A program made the position numbers and the translations under genes. From Octopus vulgaris (lineage: Eukaryota), in NCBI GenBank assembly GCA_951406725.2, contig OX597820.1, positions 92,938,001 to 93,002,000 of the forward strand: 64,000 bases of DNA, in the 5' to 3' direction. Position 1 is the first letter of the stretch. Every line of letters starts with the position of its first letter. Positions 52,090 through 64,000 of this stretch are shown here, piece after piece. The notes under the pieces are model-generated. The model searched no databases and was not told where the DNA came from. It saw only the letters and a list, made by a program, of their open reading frames with translations.

Positions 52090-54930
52090 TGTCGGTTGGG
52101 CAAAAAGCGAGAAAACTAGGAGGAAGTCTTGAAAGTGAAAGCGTGTTTTGCTGTCACCTTCTATTAACTCGTATTAACAAAAAAGAGTTATAACAACAGT
52201 ATCAATAGCAGCAATTGTAGCACCAACAACAGTACCATACCACAAGAACCAGTCCTCTGGTGGGTGATGAAATGCTTGGTTTTGGAAAAAGCTATTACGC
52301 TGATAAAAGTAAAAAATTATTCCCCAAAGAAAAAGATGGGTTGGGGTGGGATTGAACAATATAGTTCGGGTAAAAGTAAAACATGAAATACAACAAAATT
52401 CCCGTCATAATAAAGATCCTAGGTGGGCAGCAGCTGCAGGCAGTAATGGAGATTAGAAAGCATTAGCTGTGGAAACGCTAATTATTTCAATGATTTTGTC
52501 CCCAACAACAGAAAATGGTTTCGGAAAGATCTCCACTTCTGATAACATCACATTCACATTAACAGCACCAACAGCAGCCACAACACAAACAGATACAGCA
52601 ACTACAACAGCATGCATCTGAAGCAACTACGACTTCAAGACTGGACGCAGTACCTACAGCAACAACAATAACAACACCAGCAGTAGAATCAACTGCCAGA
52701 AAGTAACGGAAGATACTGTACCTTCAAGGACCACCACGTCGCAGACGACAACAGCAGAAGCAGCAGACATCGTGAAGCAACAACAAATATTATGACAATA
52801 CAACAAAACAAAACACCCAGGACGTGAAAATCCTAACGCACAACAGACGAGTATGTTGTGAGGTAAAGGTAACGGAGAGGGACCTAAATGGCAGAAAGTT
52901 ACTAATGCAAGGAAAAGAAACAGAAACAAAAACACGCCAACAAAAACCTGATAGGAACAAACTGGCAAATGCTTTTGAGCAGCAGTGCACCAAAAGTACC
53001 CCAGCAGTAGCAACACAAGTATTATCAACACAATCATGCCTTTCGCCACCTCCATCTTCAACAACAACACTGTCACAGACATCACTATTACAAGCAGAAG
53101 CGCTACCTAATTCGCTTAAAACAACAGTCAGAGCACACCCACCAGCATGAACAAAAAAGTGAGTATTAACTCCACAACTATAAACAGAAGCAATAAAAAA
53201 CTAATGGCTCACATACATCAACATATACGTATCATCTATAAGAATTAAATTACATTATCTAGTAACGTTCCAGTACACATAAAATCATCCAAATATCATA
53301 AGATATTTTTACTGTTGAAAATAAATAACGCAATGGTGTAGAAGTCTACAAGAGAATATAAACAAATGACTGTATAAAGAACTGTTTTAAGAAACATCCA
53401 CAAACGGTCGAGGGGGAGATAGAATACTTGTCTTTCTTTAGGAATAATGTAAGACGGCCTTTCTAACCATGCTTCTTCCTACTAACTTAGACATAGGATA
53501 AACCACAGGGTCATCTGATTGTATCTAGAAAGAGTATAACGTAGAGGATAACGTATGCAACCATATTTTAAAATCGTTAGCTGCACAGATCACAAATTGT
53601 GTATCCTTAAAACCGACCCAGATAGGCTCCGAAACCCAATTACTGGAGGCAGAATGCGTCTCTCACGACGCATCAAGATTAGCGAATTACTTAATAAGGC
53701 TTTGACTGGACAGTCGTAAACAACAAACGGTGCGTGCCTTGGAAAGGGGGACTAGATAAAAATCGATAATGTTTAGTATGGATATAGCAATTGGGAAAAC
53801 TAACATAGAGGGAGATTTAGAAACTTAGAAGAGGCACTTATGAGAGGCATCACAACCTGCGATGTTGGCTCTCGAGCAATTCTCCAGCATGAAGCAGGAA
53901 TACTGCATTGCCAGAACCAGGATACGAGCTCTAAAACACTAGAGAACGAAAGCATTCGATTTGCCTGAGTGACGAAAGCGTAACGTGGCAACAAAGACAT
54001 AATTCGGTCTTTGGTGGACCACAATGGCTGCATATTACCAAAGGTCAAGCAAATATATACAGCTTTACAGCAGAGCGATACTCAAATTTTTCCGAACGAG
54101 TCACGAGCTGGCATTAAGGATAAATTTCGGTTCTTATTTCTATCGCCTGTCACGATCCTCTCCAAGAGAGGCGGGTATTGCAAAAAGCTGATAACAACAG
54201 CAGTAATATGGAAAGGACGGTTTACTGCATTAGATAGAGTGAGGGTAAATAAATCGCCTAGTTTGGATGGCCTGTCCTATGAGCTTTACTTTTTGGGTTG
54301 TTTGGCATCAGAACGGGAGAATTATTAATTTTCTGAGTCAGGGATCCATGTAGCTGCTGAAATAGGACCCCAAAAAGTAGAGGATGCCACATTGATAGTT
54401 TTCAACCAATAATTCTATTAAATAAGATTTCAAAATCTTAGCGCCGAAGTTAGTGTTTGTCGTCGATGATTGTTGATGTACAAACTTACGACATTCTGAA
54501 CACATTTATGCATGAAAACATGAAAACCTTCATCATGCCATAATTCAGAGAAAAGTTGTTTAAGCAGCCTGACATGGGTGGAGCCCTGATAAATTTAGAT
54601 CAGTCGAAAGCGGCAAGGTATCTAATACATAATTTTATGATCAAGCTGTCACAGCCCTCCGCCGGTCAAGCAATGCGATCGAAGAAGTTCTACGTTGGCG
54701 TTCTATAGCGGGTTAGTGGCTGCAAGTGTGACGAAGTTTTCAAGGAGATCCTGCTTGGTCTATTCCAGAGGATTTTAGGTCGGGGTCCATCGATAATTCC
54801 AAAAATCTCTTGTCTGACAGTGATACTCGTGGACATTGCTGGATTGAGATAAAGTGTAGATGCGTGGAAGTGTCACCAGCGGAACCTGTTCAAAATTCGT
54901 GCCGGACAACGAAACTGCTACGAAAGCAGT
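52090..54930 (+). mobile_element. Decayed L1/Tx1-like LINE (low-complexity ORF1, endonuclease and RT remnants)
   Basis: NKSPSLDGLSYELY ~54248-54289; QPIILLNK/DFKILA ~54404-54443; ALINLDQSKA ~54583-54612. Confidence 0.8.
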
Positions 54931-56004
54931 CGATCAATAGCTGAACATTACTGATCTTAGAGTTATGTCGAATACCTGTCGCGAGTGCGATACATCTGTC
55001 TGTTTCGAAAACTGGGATAAACAGTCGACCTCAGTAAACACAGCGACCTTCTACTACGTGAGTTAACAGTATATGCATAGACTTTTGTTAAAACATGGCT
55101 GCGTGTATACACATGCGTATGTATACATATATATCCGTGTTTGCATGTGTATATACTGGTACGTATGAGTACTTATTGAAAAGTATCTACTCAGTCCACA
55201 TAAACAGGCTTGCCAAACTCGTGTAGCAGAAAAGTGTGCAACATCTAAAATACCAATTCCGCTTGGTCCAAAGATTAGAGAATCAGGGATGTTCCGTCCG
55301 CATGGTTGCCACGTGTGGAGAAAGGAACAAGCAGTATATATAAAGAATGTGTAAGAACAACCATATTGAGTGACCCTAAATTATTAGATATGGATGTTGT
55401 GTTCTTACACATTAATAATTGGTTGGTTTATGAAAATTAAACAACCAAATAAAGCTGCGTTTGTGACATTATTTTGTCACAGGGTCGCCACGGAGACATT
55501 TCTGTTACATTCTTCAGCAGCTTGATTTAGAATCCTACTTTGACCGATTATTCTTTCCCATACATTTTAAAACACGTGAGTACCAGTAACATAATGGAAT
55601 TGTTATTTTTGTCTGCACGGCTACCACCTTATAGACTATGGAACTGTGTCTTGTAATTCCGTATCTCAGTGTTCCGCTTTCATGTTCTCTTGTGATCGTG
55701 TTTGATTTCTCTCTACCTCTAGAAGATCTATAAAATACGTTCCAATAATACACTGAGGTTGATAAAATAGTCGGCATCATTCTGTTTCTAACATTCTTCC
55801 TAAGTGATAACTTTTTAATATTCAAAATGTCCTCGCTACTTTTTTCGGTGTTATAAAATTCAATACGATATAACATATTGTCCGTATGTGATTTTAAATA
55901 TAAAATTACATCTAACAAGCTGGTTCTTAGAAAATATAAAACAAGGTAGATAAGACCATACAAGGCTTTTGTAAAATCAAATATTAATACATTATATAAA
56001 TATC

Positions 56005-57860
56005 TTCAGTAGGATGAAATTGCTTGTTTATTTTGCTATACTGTATGAAATAATGGCTTGATATTTGTCTTAAGGGAAATTCTTAATGCTTAGTAGCTGA
56101 GCCGTATTTAGGCTTTATTACCGTTAAAATCGAAAATGTTAGTTGATATAAATATAAGGAAAACATGACAGGCGATTGGCCAGTGGTACTTCAAACTACA
56201 TTAAAAATTCTCATTTCAATTTCAGCCCCTAAAAGTTACTCAACTTTGTTTTTCATAGTTCAGATTTGAGATTTGAATTGCATGGCAAACGTACCGAGAT
56301 TTTTGAGCTTACAAAACAAACAAAAAAAAGATATCTTCACTGTTATCTTGCTACACGGAATGGAAACAGAACCCAGTTTGATATAAAATTGTCTGTGTCT
56401 TGTAAAAAAAATATTTCTAGAACTGTTTTTTTATGCATACTAAATGTTTGATAATGAACTATTTAAGCGAATTGTAAGACAAATTATGTTCAATAACCAA
56501 ATCTTCGGAACATGAACAATTTTCAAATTACTCCTTTTGTACAGGATATTTTCAACTTTTATTTTCGCATGAAAGCTTCAATGTTACTTCAGAGTAAAAA
56601 TGTTTGTATTCTCCCTTTGATGAGATATTAAATTCATTAAATTTCTTAAAATACGCACGACAAATAGCTTAATGTATAAAGCCATTTCTTAATATCAGCG
56701 AAGATTTGAGTTATTTTCCTTTTTATAACTTTAAATTTATTTAAGTTTGAAATTTTGATTTGTTGACGTACTCCTGTACGTAATTAAAGTGTGTGAACTT
56801 CGATTCCTTATCAAGGCTTAGATTCACAAATAGACTGTTATTCAGTGCGTGGCTGATAATTTGAGCTGTGTCTTGTATTACTTGCACTTAGCTAAGAAAA
56901 AAATGTTTCTTTAGCCGTTATCTATCTATGAATCATTCTATAAGTGAAGGAATTAGGTGCGTTGCTTAAAGATTTAACTTAAGGTTTGAAATCTTTCACT
57001 TTTCCATCATTCTGCTGTTCTATCTGTGCATACACCAATAGAGATTTTTCATTCCAGAACGACTTCCTTATGAAAAGAAACTGTCTAGAATAGAACAATT
57101 GATGCACCAGTTCTTGAAAAAAAAGACAGTTTCCCCTGTTGTGTATTCATCAAGTGATTGACAAAACAGTAAGTAGCCGAATACACAATAACGCATTAAT
57201 ATCTGGCAAATATCAACTGTTGAGTAGCATTTGTATTTTCTCAGCCAAATCATCCAACTGAAACGCGAATAAAATACTTCTTTAATTCTTTCAATAAGTG
57301 GCACAAATTGGTTATTGCAAATTTCTAAAACTCTTTCACATACATATCTTATTTGACAATAGATATTTTTATTTTCTTCTTTCGTCCACAGTGGTCTTAT
57401 CGTGAATATTTTTTCTATTTTTATCGCTTATGGTTTCTTCGCTTTTGTAATTAAGCATTAGTTTTGTAACATACGTTTAAATCATTTTCTTCTTACCAGT
57501 TTATGTTTTTTTTTTTAAGAAAGTTGCTTTTTGGACTTTCTACGAGATTTCTGTAATCTTTCAAAAAATTGTATAGAGTTGCTTGCACAGAAAGAGTGTT
57601 TGATATCCTGTTGTCTATTTAATTGAATTTAATAGGTTTCATACTTTCATTCACTAAATATTTGTAACAAGTTTAACATATTATGCGCTGCTTTTCATGA
57701 CTACTAGGAAAAATTAATCCACATTGGAAAAATAAATGTTCATTGCTCTTGAGTTTGGTCCACTTTGGGAATCGTGTTACTGCATCCAGAGTTGCAGGAA
57801 CTATTACATCAACAATGTTTTCTCTGAGTAGCAAATTTAACCATTTCTCTATGGTTAAGT
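56005..57860 (-). mobile_element. hAT Buster/Charlie-type transposase remnant
   Basis: IEKWL start; CYKYLVNESMKP (BED-finger region); ITKAKKP; LLFCQSL..TTGE; IGVCTD; C-terminal FSILTVIKPKY..NIKPLF..NKQ. Confidence 0.9.
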
Positions 57861-58677
57861 ACACAATTCCATGTTATAAAAATATTTAATTAATGATTTT
57901 TTTAAAACTAACAGTGAAATCATATATTTTATAGGTGAATGCTTCGGTATTAATTTCACGTATGTTTTTCTATGCATAGATAAAACACTCTCATAACCGA
58001 ATCAAACACATTTTAGTAGATACCGTGAAAGTTCCACGACTTCTGAGGGTTACAATCCGTAGATTAGGAAATATCAGGCAACCAATGAAATTTGGTTGTG
58101 TATTTTGTAAAAATAAAATATTTTTCTAAAGTCGCTATAATCGACAATGATGTCTGTCCTATTCAATAATACGACTTAAACCTCAGTAAAAAATGTTTTA
58201 AACCGCTATCATGGCAATGCTGTACTATTTGTTTCATAAACTTTTATGTTTATCGGTTGCAGTAGACAGAGTTACAGTAGTTTTGCAGTTTGTAACAATT
58301 TACGACGCAATTTCCGAAAGAAAAGAATGTCTTCCGAAAACATAGATTTAGTCATGATATGAAATGCTGCCAATTGTTTCACTTAGGAAAAAAAATGGTT
58401 TCAGTCTCAAAATGAATAAATCGATGCAATTTTATTGATACAATCGCACTATTTGTTTTGTTCCTTTTAGAAAATTCTGGAATGTGAAGTGTGCCAATTC
58501 TAAACTTTGATAGATGATTTGTATCATTCTAATTTTTCTACATTTTGGGATATCAGCTTGATAAATGGTCTGCGAATAGATGGTTTCTTTTTCTCTCAAA
58601 ATGTATAAACACAGTCACCTTCTACCTATGAAGAAAACAGTTTTAGAGAGTAATTGTATAATAAATATACATTAGGA

Positions 58678-58731
<54 letters not shown>

Positions 58732-58854
58732 GCGAAGAGAGTGACATATGGCAAGGTTCAGGACAGTGTTGTATTAAAAGTTTTAACGTTCTGAATTCAA
58801 GCAACAGGTGGTTATTACTGAGTCAATTATATAATTATCAATTATGTGATTGGC

Positions 58855-58919
<65 letters not shown>

Positions 58920-59952
58920 TCAGCAGTATCACCACCGCCGAGCAGTGTTTAGGCTTAAGCGAACTTGCGGATAGGTAAAATATGCTTGTGACTTATTTCA
59001 TTTTCTAAAAACAAATTCACTGAAGCTACCGTGGAGAAGAAATTCTCTTTTATGGTAAAATGGTGTAAAAACACTATATCTACTCAGTGCCGACTCCTGC
59101 TCACAACTATAAAACAACACTCGCGTTAGAGATATTTAAAATCTATGCTGTAAGAAATGGAGTTAAGTCCAATAAGGTCAATTAGCAAATTAATTAAGAT
59201 GTTTCAATAATAAAACAATATAGCTTGAACTAAATCTGGTCTAAGTCCTCCTGATAAAAACAATTGATATTCTTTGTCCTTAGCTATTCTCAGCTTATTT
59301 TACTCAGTTAATATCTATTATCTTTAGCAGCTGACTAGATTATACTTTAATGATGTGGTTTAATACGAACGAAACTTATGTTATCTTCACAAGTTACTTT
59401 TTAACGACCAGATCCTTACTAATCATCATTATCTATATTATTCCAAAATGTCGGTCAAGTGACCTTAGTGGGTTTATCTCTCTTGCTAAATTGGAGAAAG
59501 ATTTTTGTCTAGTAGTTACTTGAAAAAGCTCAATTACTGGAAGGCTTCAACTTACTATATTATATATGAGAAACCCTACAGTTTTCATTTTGTATATTTG
59601 TATATTAACGGATTGTCTTTGAACTACGATAACAACAACAACCCAAAATATTTTCTGATCATTATATTTTTTCTATTATTCCTACAAAATATATGAATAA
59701 ATATTTATAAGCAAATATTTCTCTGTAACATAGAAGATAGTTGAACAGAGGTGTTTTTCTCATTCAGATTCCTCTCTGCTTCTTCTTTCTCTCTTTTTCT
59801 CGCTCTTTTTCCATCTATTTCTATGTATCTAGCTTCTACCTATCTAACATATGGGTGCCTGGTAGGATGCGGGCGCGCTTTTATATTAATGTAGACAGTG
59901 ATATTAATGTATATATATAAATATATATTATGTATATATATGCATACATCCG

Positions 59953-60063
<111 letters not shown>

Positions 60064-60442
60064 AATATATATATATATATGTATGTATATATATATATAT
60101 ATATATTTATAAATGTATGTATATATATATATATAATCATTAATATTACTTTATAGATATGATGTGTGAGTGTTGTTTAAAATATTAATACATACGAGTA
60201 TATCGATAAAAACATTTTTAAATATTTATATTAATATATATTTGTATCTGTGCTTTTGGGTATGCATCCGTATTCATGTATGTGCGTGCATGTGTGTGTA
60301 TGTATATAACTGTGTATACATATATGCATGCATGTGTGTGTACGTGTGTGTATGTGCCTCTTTATGTGATTTTATATTGGTTGATATAAATGTAGCCTAT
60401 AAACATTAATACATACAAACACATACATACACGCATACACAA

Positions 60443-60607
<165 letters not shown>

Positions 60608-61098
60608 TAATAGTTTTCATTTTTTCCAACTATTCTGTATCCAGCATTACTTTATTAAATGCTTCAATGAACACGGTCTGCACTTTTATACTTTCATAGT
60701 ATCTATTTTGCATAGATATATGAAATTATGAAATAACTTATATCTTTCACGTGTTTTATTAAATATCTCACTGTTCCGATGGAATAAAGCAGCATTCGGG
60801 CGCCATGAAGTTACTGAGAGGTTGAGTAGGTTGATCACAGCATCAATTTAATTAAGATCAAAATGATGTTTTCGACGACGACGATGATGATGTTTGTGAT
60901 GATGGTGGTGGTGGTGGTGGTGGTGGTGGTGGTGGTGGTGGTGGTGGTGGTGGTGATAATGATGACAGGAATGAAGAATAGCAAAGTTTGGTTACAGATT
61001 CTCTAAATGAAGAAAATAAATATCGAGTATATTTATATTATTTTTAAACATTTATATTTTCAGCATGTATACTTTATCGGCAAAGAAATTAGGCACAC

Positions 61099-61137
<39 letters not shown>

Positions 61138-61140
<3 letters not shown>

Positions 61141-61503
61141 TCATTTTACTCTTTTACTTGTTTCAGTCATTTGACTGTGGCCATGTTGGAGCACCGCCTT
61201 TAGTCGAGCAAATCGACCCCAGTACTTATTCTTTGTAAGCCTAGTCCTTAGTCTATCGGTCTCTTTACCGAACCGCTAAGTTACAGGGACGTAAACACAC
61301 CAGCATCGGTTGTCAAGAAATGTTGCGGGGGGGCAAACACAGACACACAAACATATACACACACATACATATATATATACATATATACGACAGGCTTCTT
61401 TTCAGTTTCCGTCTACCAAATCCCCTCCCAAGTATTTGGTCGCCCCGAGGCTAAAGTAGAAGACACTTGCCCAAGGTACCACGCAGTGGAACTGAACCCG
61501 GAA
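61138..61503 (-). mobile_element. SINE family 1, 5'-truncated, between (TA)n tracts
   Basis: Matches the consensus up to the B box. Confidence 0.9.
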
Positions 61504-61584
61504 TATATATATATATATACATGTAGGAAAAGGCGAAACATTTATCAGCATGCTATTCACTCAAGTACATATAGAGGTGAAATG

Positions 61585-63475
61585 GCTGAATAAATAAAGT
61601 ATTCACTGTAGACGGATCGTGAGATCAATCCCTCTGTATGTGCCTTGTTGCAGTTGTTAGTATTTTTATGAAATATTTAGAAGGAATAGCAGCACACGTA
61701 ATTTTTTTCAGTGACCACTTGATTGGTAAGGGGAACGGAGGATGTGGTTTTCATGCCAGTTTGTCTGGCCTAAAAACTTCCAACAGACTGGTTTCCACTA
61801 AGGCCACCGAAGGCCATTTGGTTCTTTAATGCCTTTGATCACAGATCAAAGGCATTATATACGAAACGATCCAGGCAAAATTTACCTTGGCCAACTTTAC
61901 CTGTCTTATATTTTCTAACAATTTAGGGCACGTAGGTAGGACGACATCAAACAGATTATGGCTTTGGTGACTGACATCTAGAATATAAGTTGAAGAATCA
62001 ATAATATGAGTTAGTTTGTATGTAACAGAGATATATTAGCTGTATTTACCAACAATGTCTCTTTTGCTGGAATATCGCCAGCCTTAGTAGATATCATTGA
62101 AGACTCTACACACGTTATTAATGGGGATTGCCTCACAGTTTTTTTTTTCTGTTTGACGTGCAATTCCATGATTTTGATAAAGAACCGAACAGTCATCATC
62201 CGGAGACCAATAAAGAATGAATTTAAAGACGCGTATAGTTCTTGAAAACAACTTGATAGAAAAACATGAACGGTAAGTCAGCACATTTTGGGGACTAATC
62301 TCTACCATACTACACTCAACATAGAATTTGATCATGACTATCGTTATTGCGAGAATTTTTAGTTATTAGTGAACACTAGTCTGAGATATTCAACTCCTTA
62401 TTAAATATTTTTGAATCAAAACCAGTCTCATATGACGCCAAAAGTCTCAGTAAAAGTGCTTCAACTTCAGAAAAATTATGCTTAAACTCTTATTGTTGGT
62501 ATAAAAGATGGGTGCGTTTGAGTTTAATTTTATTGTGTTCGAATTGGGTTTAATATCGATATTAGGATTTTGATCGTGACATTTTGAATGTCAGTTAGTT
62601 CATTTGTTACTTGCTTGGGAATAAATGCTCCAATGAGCGTGACTGGTTCTGTTAGCAATGTTAACATATTCGAACTATCTAGAATAACTAATGCAGGTCA
62701 TTATGGCATCAGAGGCTCCATTGGAAGCAAGTGCAGGGTCGAGCATCCATTCATAAAATGTCTCCAGAGGAAACCCAGTATTATACACCAGTTGATAGAA
62801 TGGCTTCCTTGGTTGCTACGTTAGGGTTCAGATCCCTGTTCTATAAGATGGGAAACGCGATCCAAAAGATGTTACCTCCTGTACTCTTATTAAAGAACGG
62901 ATCGGACTAAAAGAGGACACCTAAAAATAGCTTCATCAAATTTGAGTCCTAATGCAACAATCCTTCCTTCTGCCAACCCCCAAGTCAAAAACGTCATGCA
63001 ATTCACCATAATCTCGATCTTCCATAATTACATTGCAGTGGAAGTTAAGTTTAAGAGAATGCTTGGTGACACAAAAAATACAAAATTGGTTTGGATTCTT
63101 TGGATCGACAATACCCTCATTGCTTTATGGTTTTCTCGTGTACTGTTTTTAATGGTGACACTTGTAGATGACACATTCATAAATTCTATGGCTACCCAAA
63201 TGTGAAAGTGAATACATAAACTCTCATTAAAAGACCATTTTTTTCCCGACAACTTCCCAACGTGGTGTATTTTTTAAGTTTATCTGAAGGTAAATAATGA
63301 CACTTAATTTCCTTTCAGAACTGAGGTAGGATCGGAGTATATATTTATCAGATTAGGCCATATCCTGGATTGATCATTAAACAAAATATATATGTGCTTA
63401 CAGCACTGAGAGAAGGGCACACAGTAGACTTTTTTTCCATTGTTGGGTTTGTCGTAGTGAAAGTAACAAATTATT
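61585..63475 (-). pseudogene. Endogenous reovirus lambda2-like unit B
   Basis: HYDKPNNG 63436-63459 (HYDKPTNG); IVDPKN (LIDPRS); VSPSILL; DVFDLGVG then frameshift EGRIVAL ~62951-62995 (VLDLGTGPEAKIL); EPVTLIGAFIPKQ (LPMEKRGNFIVGQ); YKLTHIIDSSTYILDV; FPLPIKW (FVLPQDW); QGTY near stop 61603-61605. Confidence 0.85.
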
Positions 63476-63559
63476 TTACTATTATTATTATTATCATCAT
63501 AATCATCAGCAGCAGCAGCATCTTCATCATCAGTATCTTTATTCAGTAGTCTTATTTGT

Positions 63560-64000
63560 ATCACGTGCTTTCACTGCGCTACCGAGCGCAGTTCTATGTG
63601 TCTAGGGTATGTGCTGTAGTTTGTTGTGGTGCTCTTATTTTCACTGTATTGAAAGTGTTTTACGTAGGATGTGTGCGGTGCTATTTTCTGTATGTTATAT
63701 ATACGTATTAGACCTGGTGTTTTTGTTATGCATTTGTTTGAATATTTTTTATCATACCTAATGCGCCTACTATAACAGGAAATGTTTCTGTTTTTGGACT
63801 CCTCATTCGAGTTACATCTATTTCCAGATTTTGTATTTTGAAAGTTTCTTTTAGAGAAACATTGTCATTTGTTGGTATTGATACATCGATTAGAAAGGGT
63901 TTTAATTTTTCTTGGTGATCTCTAATAACTATATCCGGCCTATTGACATTCATTTCTCTATCTGTGTGTATTGGTATATTCCAGAATATAGTCGCTTTCT
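63560..64000 (-). mobile_element. R4/Dong-like LINE 3' end (restriction-like endonuclease domain)
   Basis: NRPDIVIRD..LIDVSIP..PVIVGALG; TAHILRKTLSIQ*; followed on minus by a TGA/TAA microsatellite. Confidence 0.9.

Larger units (their letters stand above)
51240..59588 (-). pseudogene. Endogenous reovirus lambda2-like unit G
   Basis: ATG 59588, MKTVG..SLPVIELFQVTTRQKSFSNL (SSPTIETRTRQYTLHDL); EYQLFLSGGLR; VFIHFERKRN ~58583-58612 (VLVHYDKPTN); LSEIAS*IVTN; FHWLPD ~58073-58090; YLILQKPCMVLSTLFYIF ~55930-55984 (YMLIKPFVTNNVELFFVAF); NNVTNAALFG ~55444-55473 (SNMTQAARIG); HIFHKNGHD*FLS ~51355-51393 (YRFPKFGRDEPYS). Interrupted by hAT and Tx1 elements. Confidence 0.75.

Noticed and set aside
52654-53150. 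Hydrophobic 143-aa ORF and T/Q-rich 108-aa ORF
   Set aside because: Antisense and sense readings of a low-complexity LINE ORF1 remnant.
55535-55963. 142-aa ORF as a host gene
   Set aside because: Chance read-through across a viral remnant and decayed SINE-like sequence.

Overview
AT-rich, microsatellite- and SINE-dense eukaryotic DNA; the SINE families look like those of octopus (inferred from repeat content). I found no intact host gene. Nearly all listed ORFs are microsatellite or antisense artefacts. The main observation comes from manual minus-strand translation of the sequence between transposons. It repeatedly and collinearly resembles the turret / mRNA-capping protein of turreted reoviruses (orthoreovirus lambda2/lambdaC, aquareovirus VP1), in the domain order guanylyltransferase (GTase), methyltransferase, bridge, methyltransferase, Ig-like flap. 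About 11 decayed, mutually divergent, head-to-tail copies, all on the minus strand, appear to tile the whole 64 kb; two pairs are separated by only about 65-80 bp. They are broken up by later mariner, hAT, Gypsy, RTE, L1/Tx1, R4/Dong and SINE insertions. All viral alignments were made by eye against reovirus sequences recalled from memory, across stops and frameshifts. They need tBLASTn/HMM confirmation, and unit boundaries are approximate.
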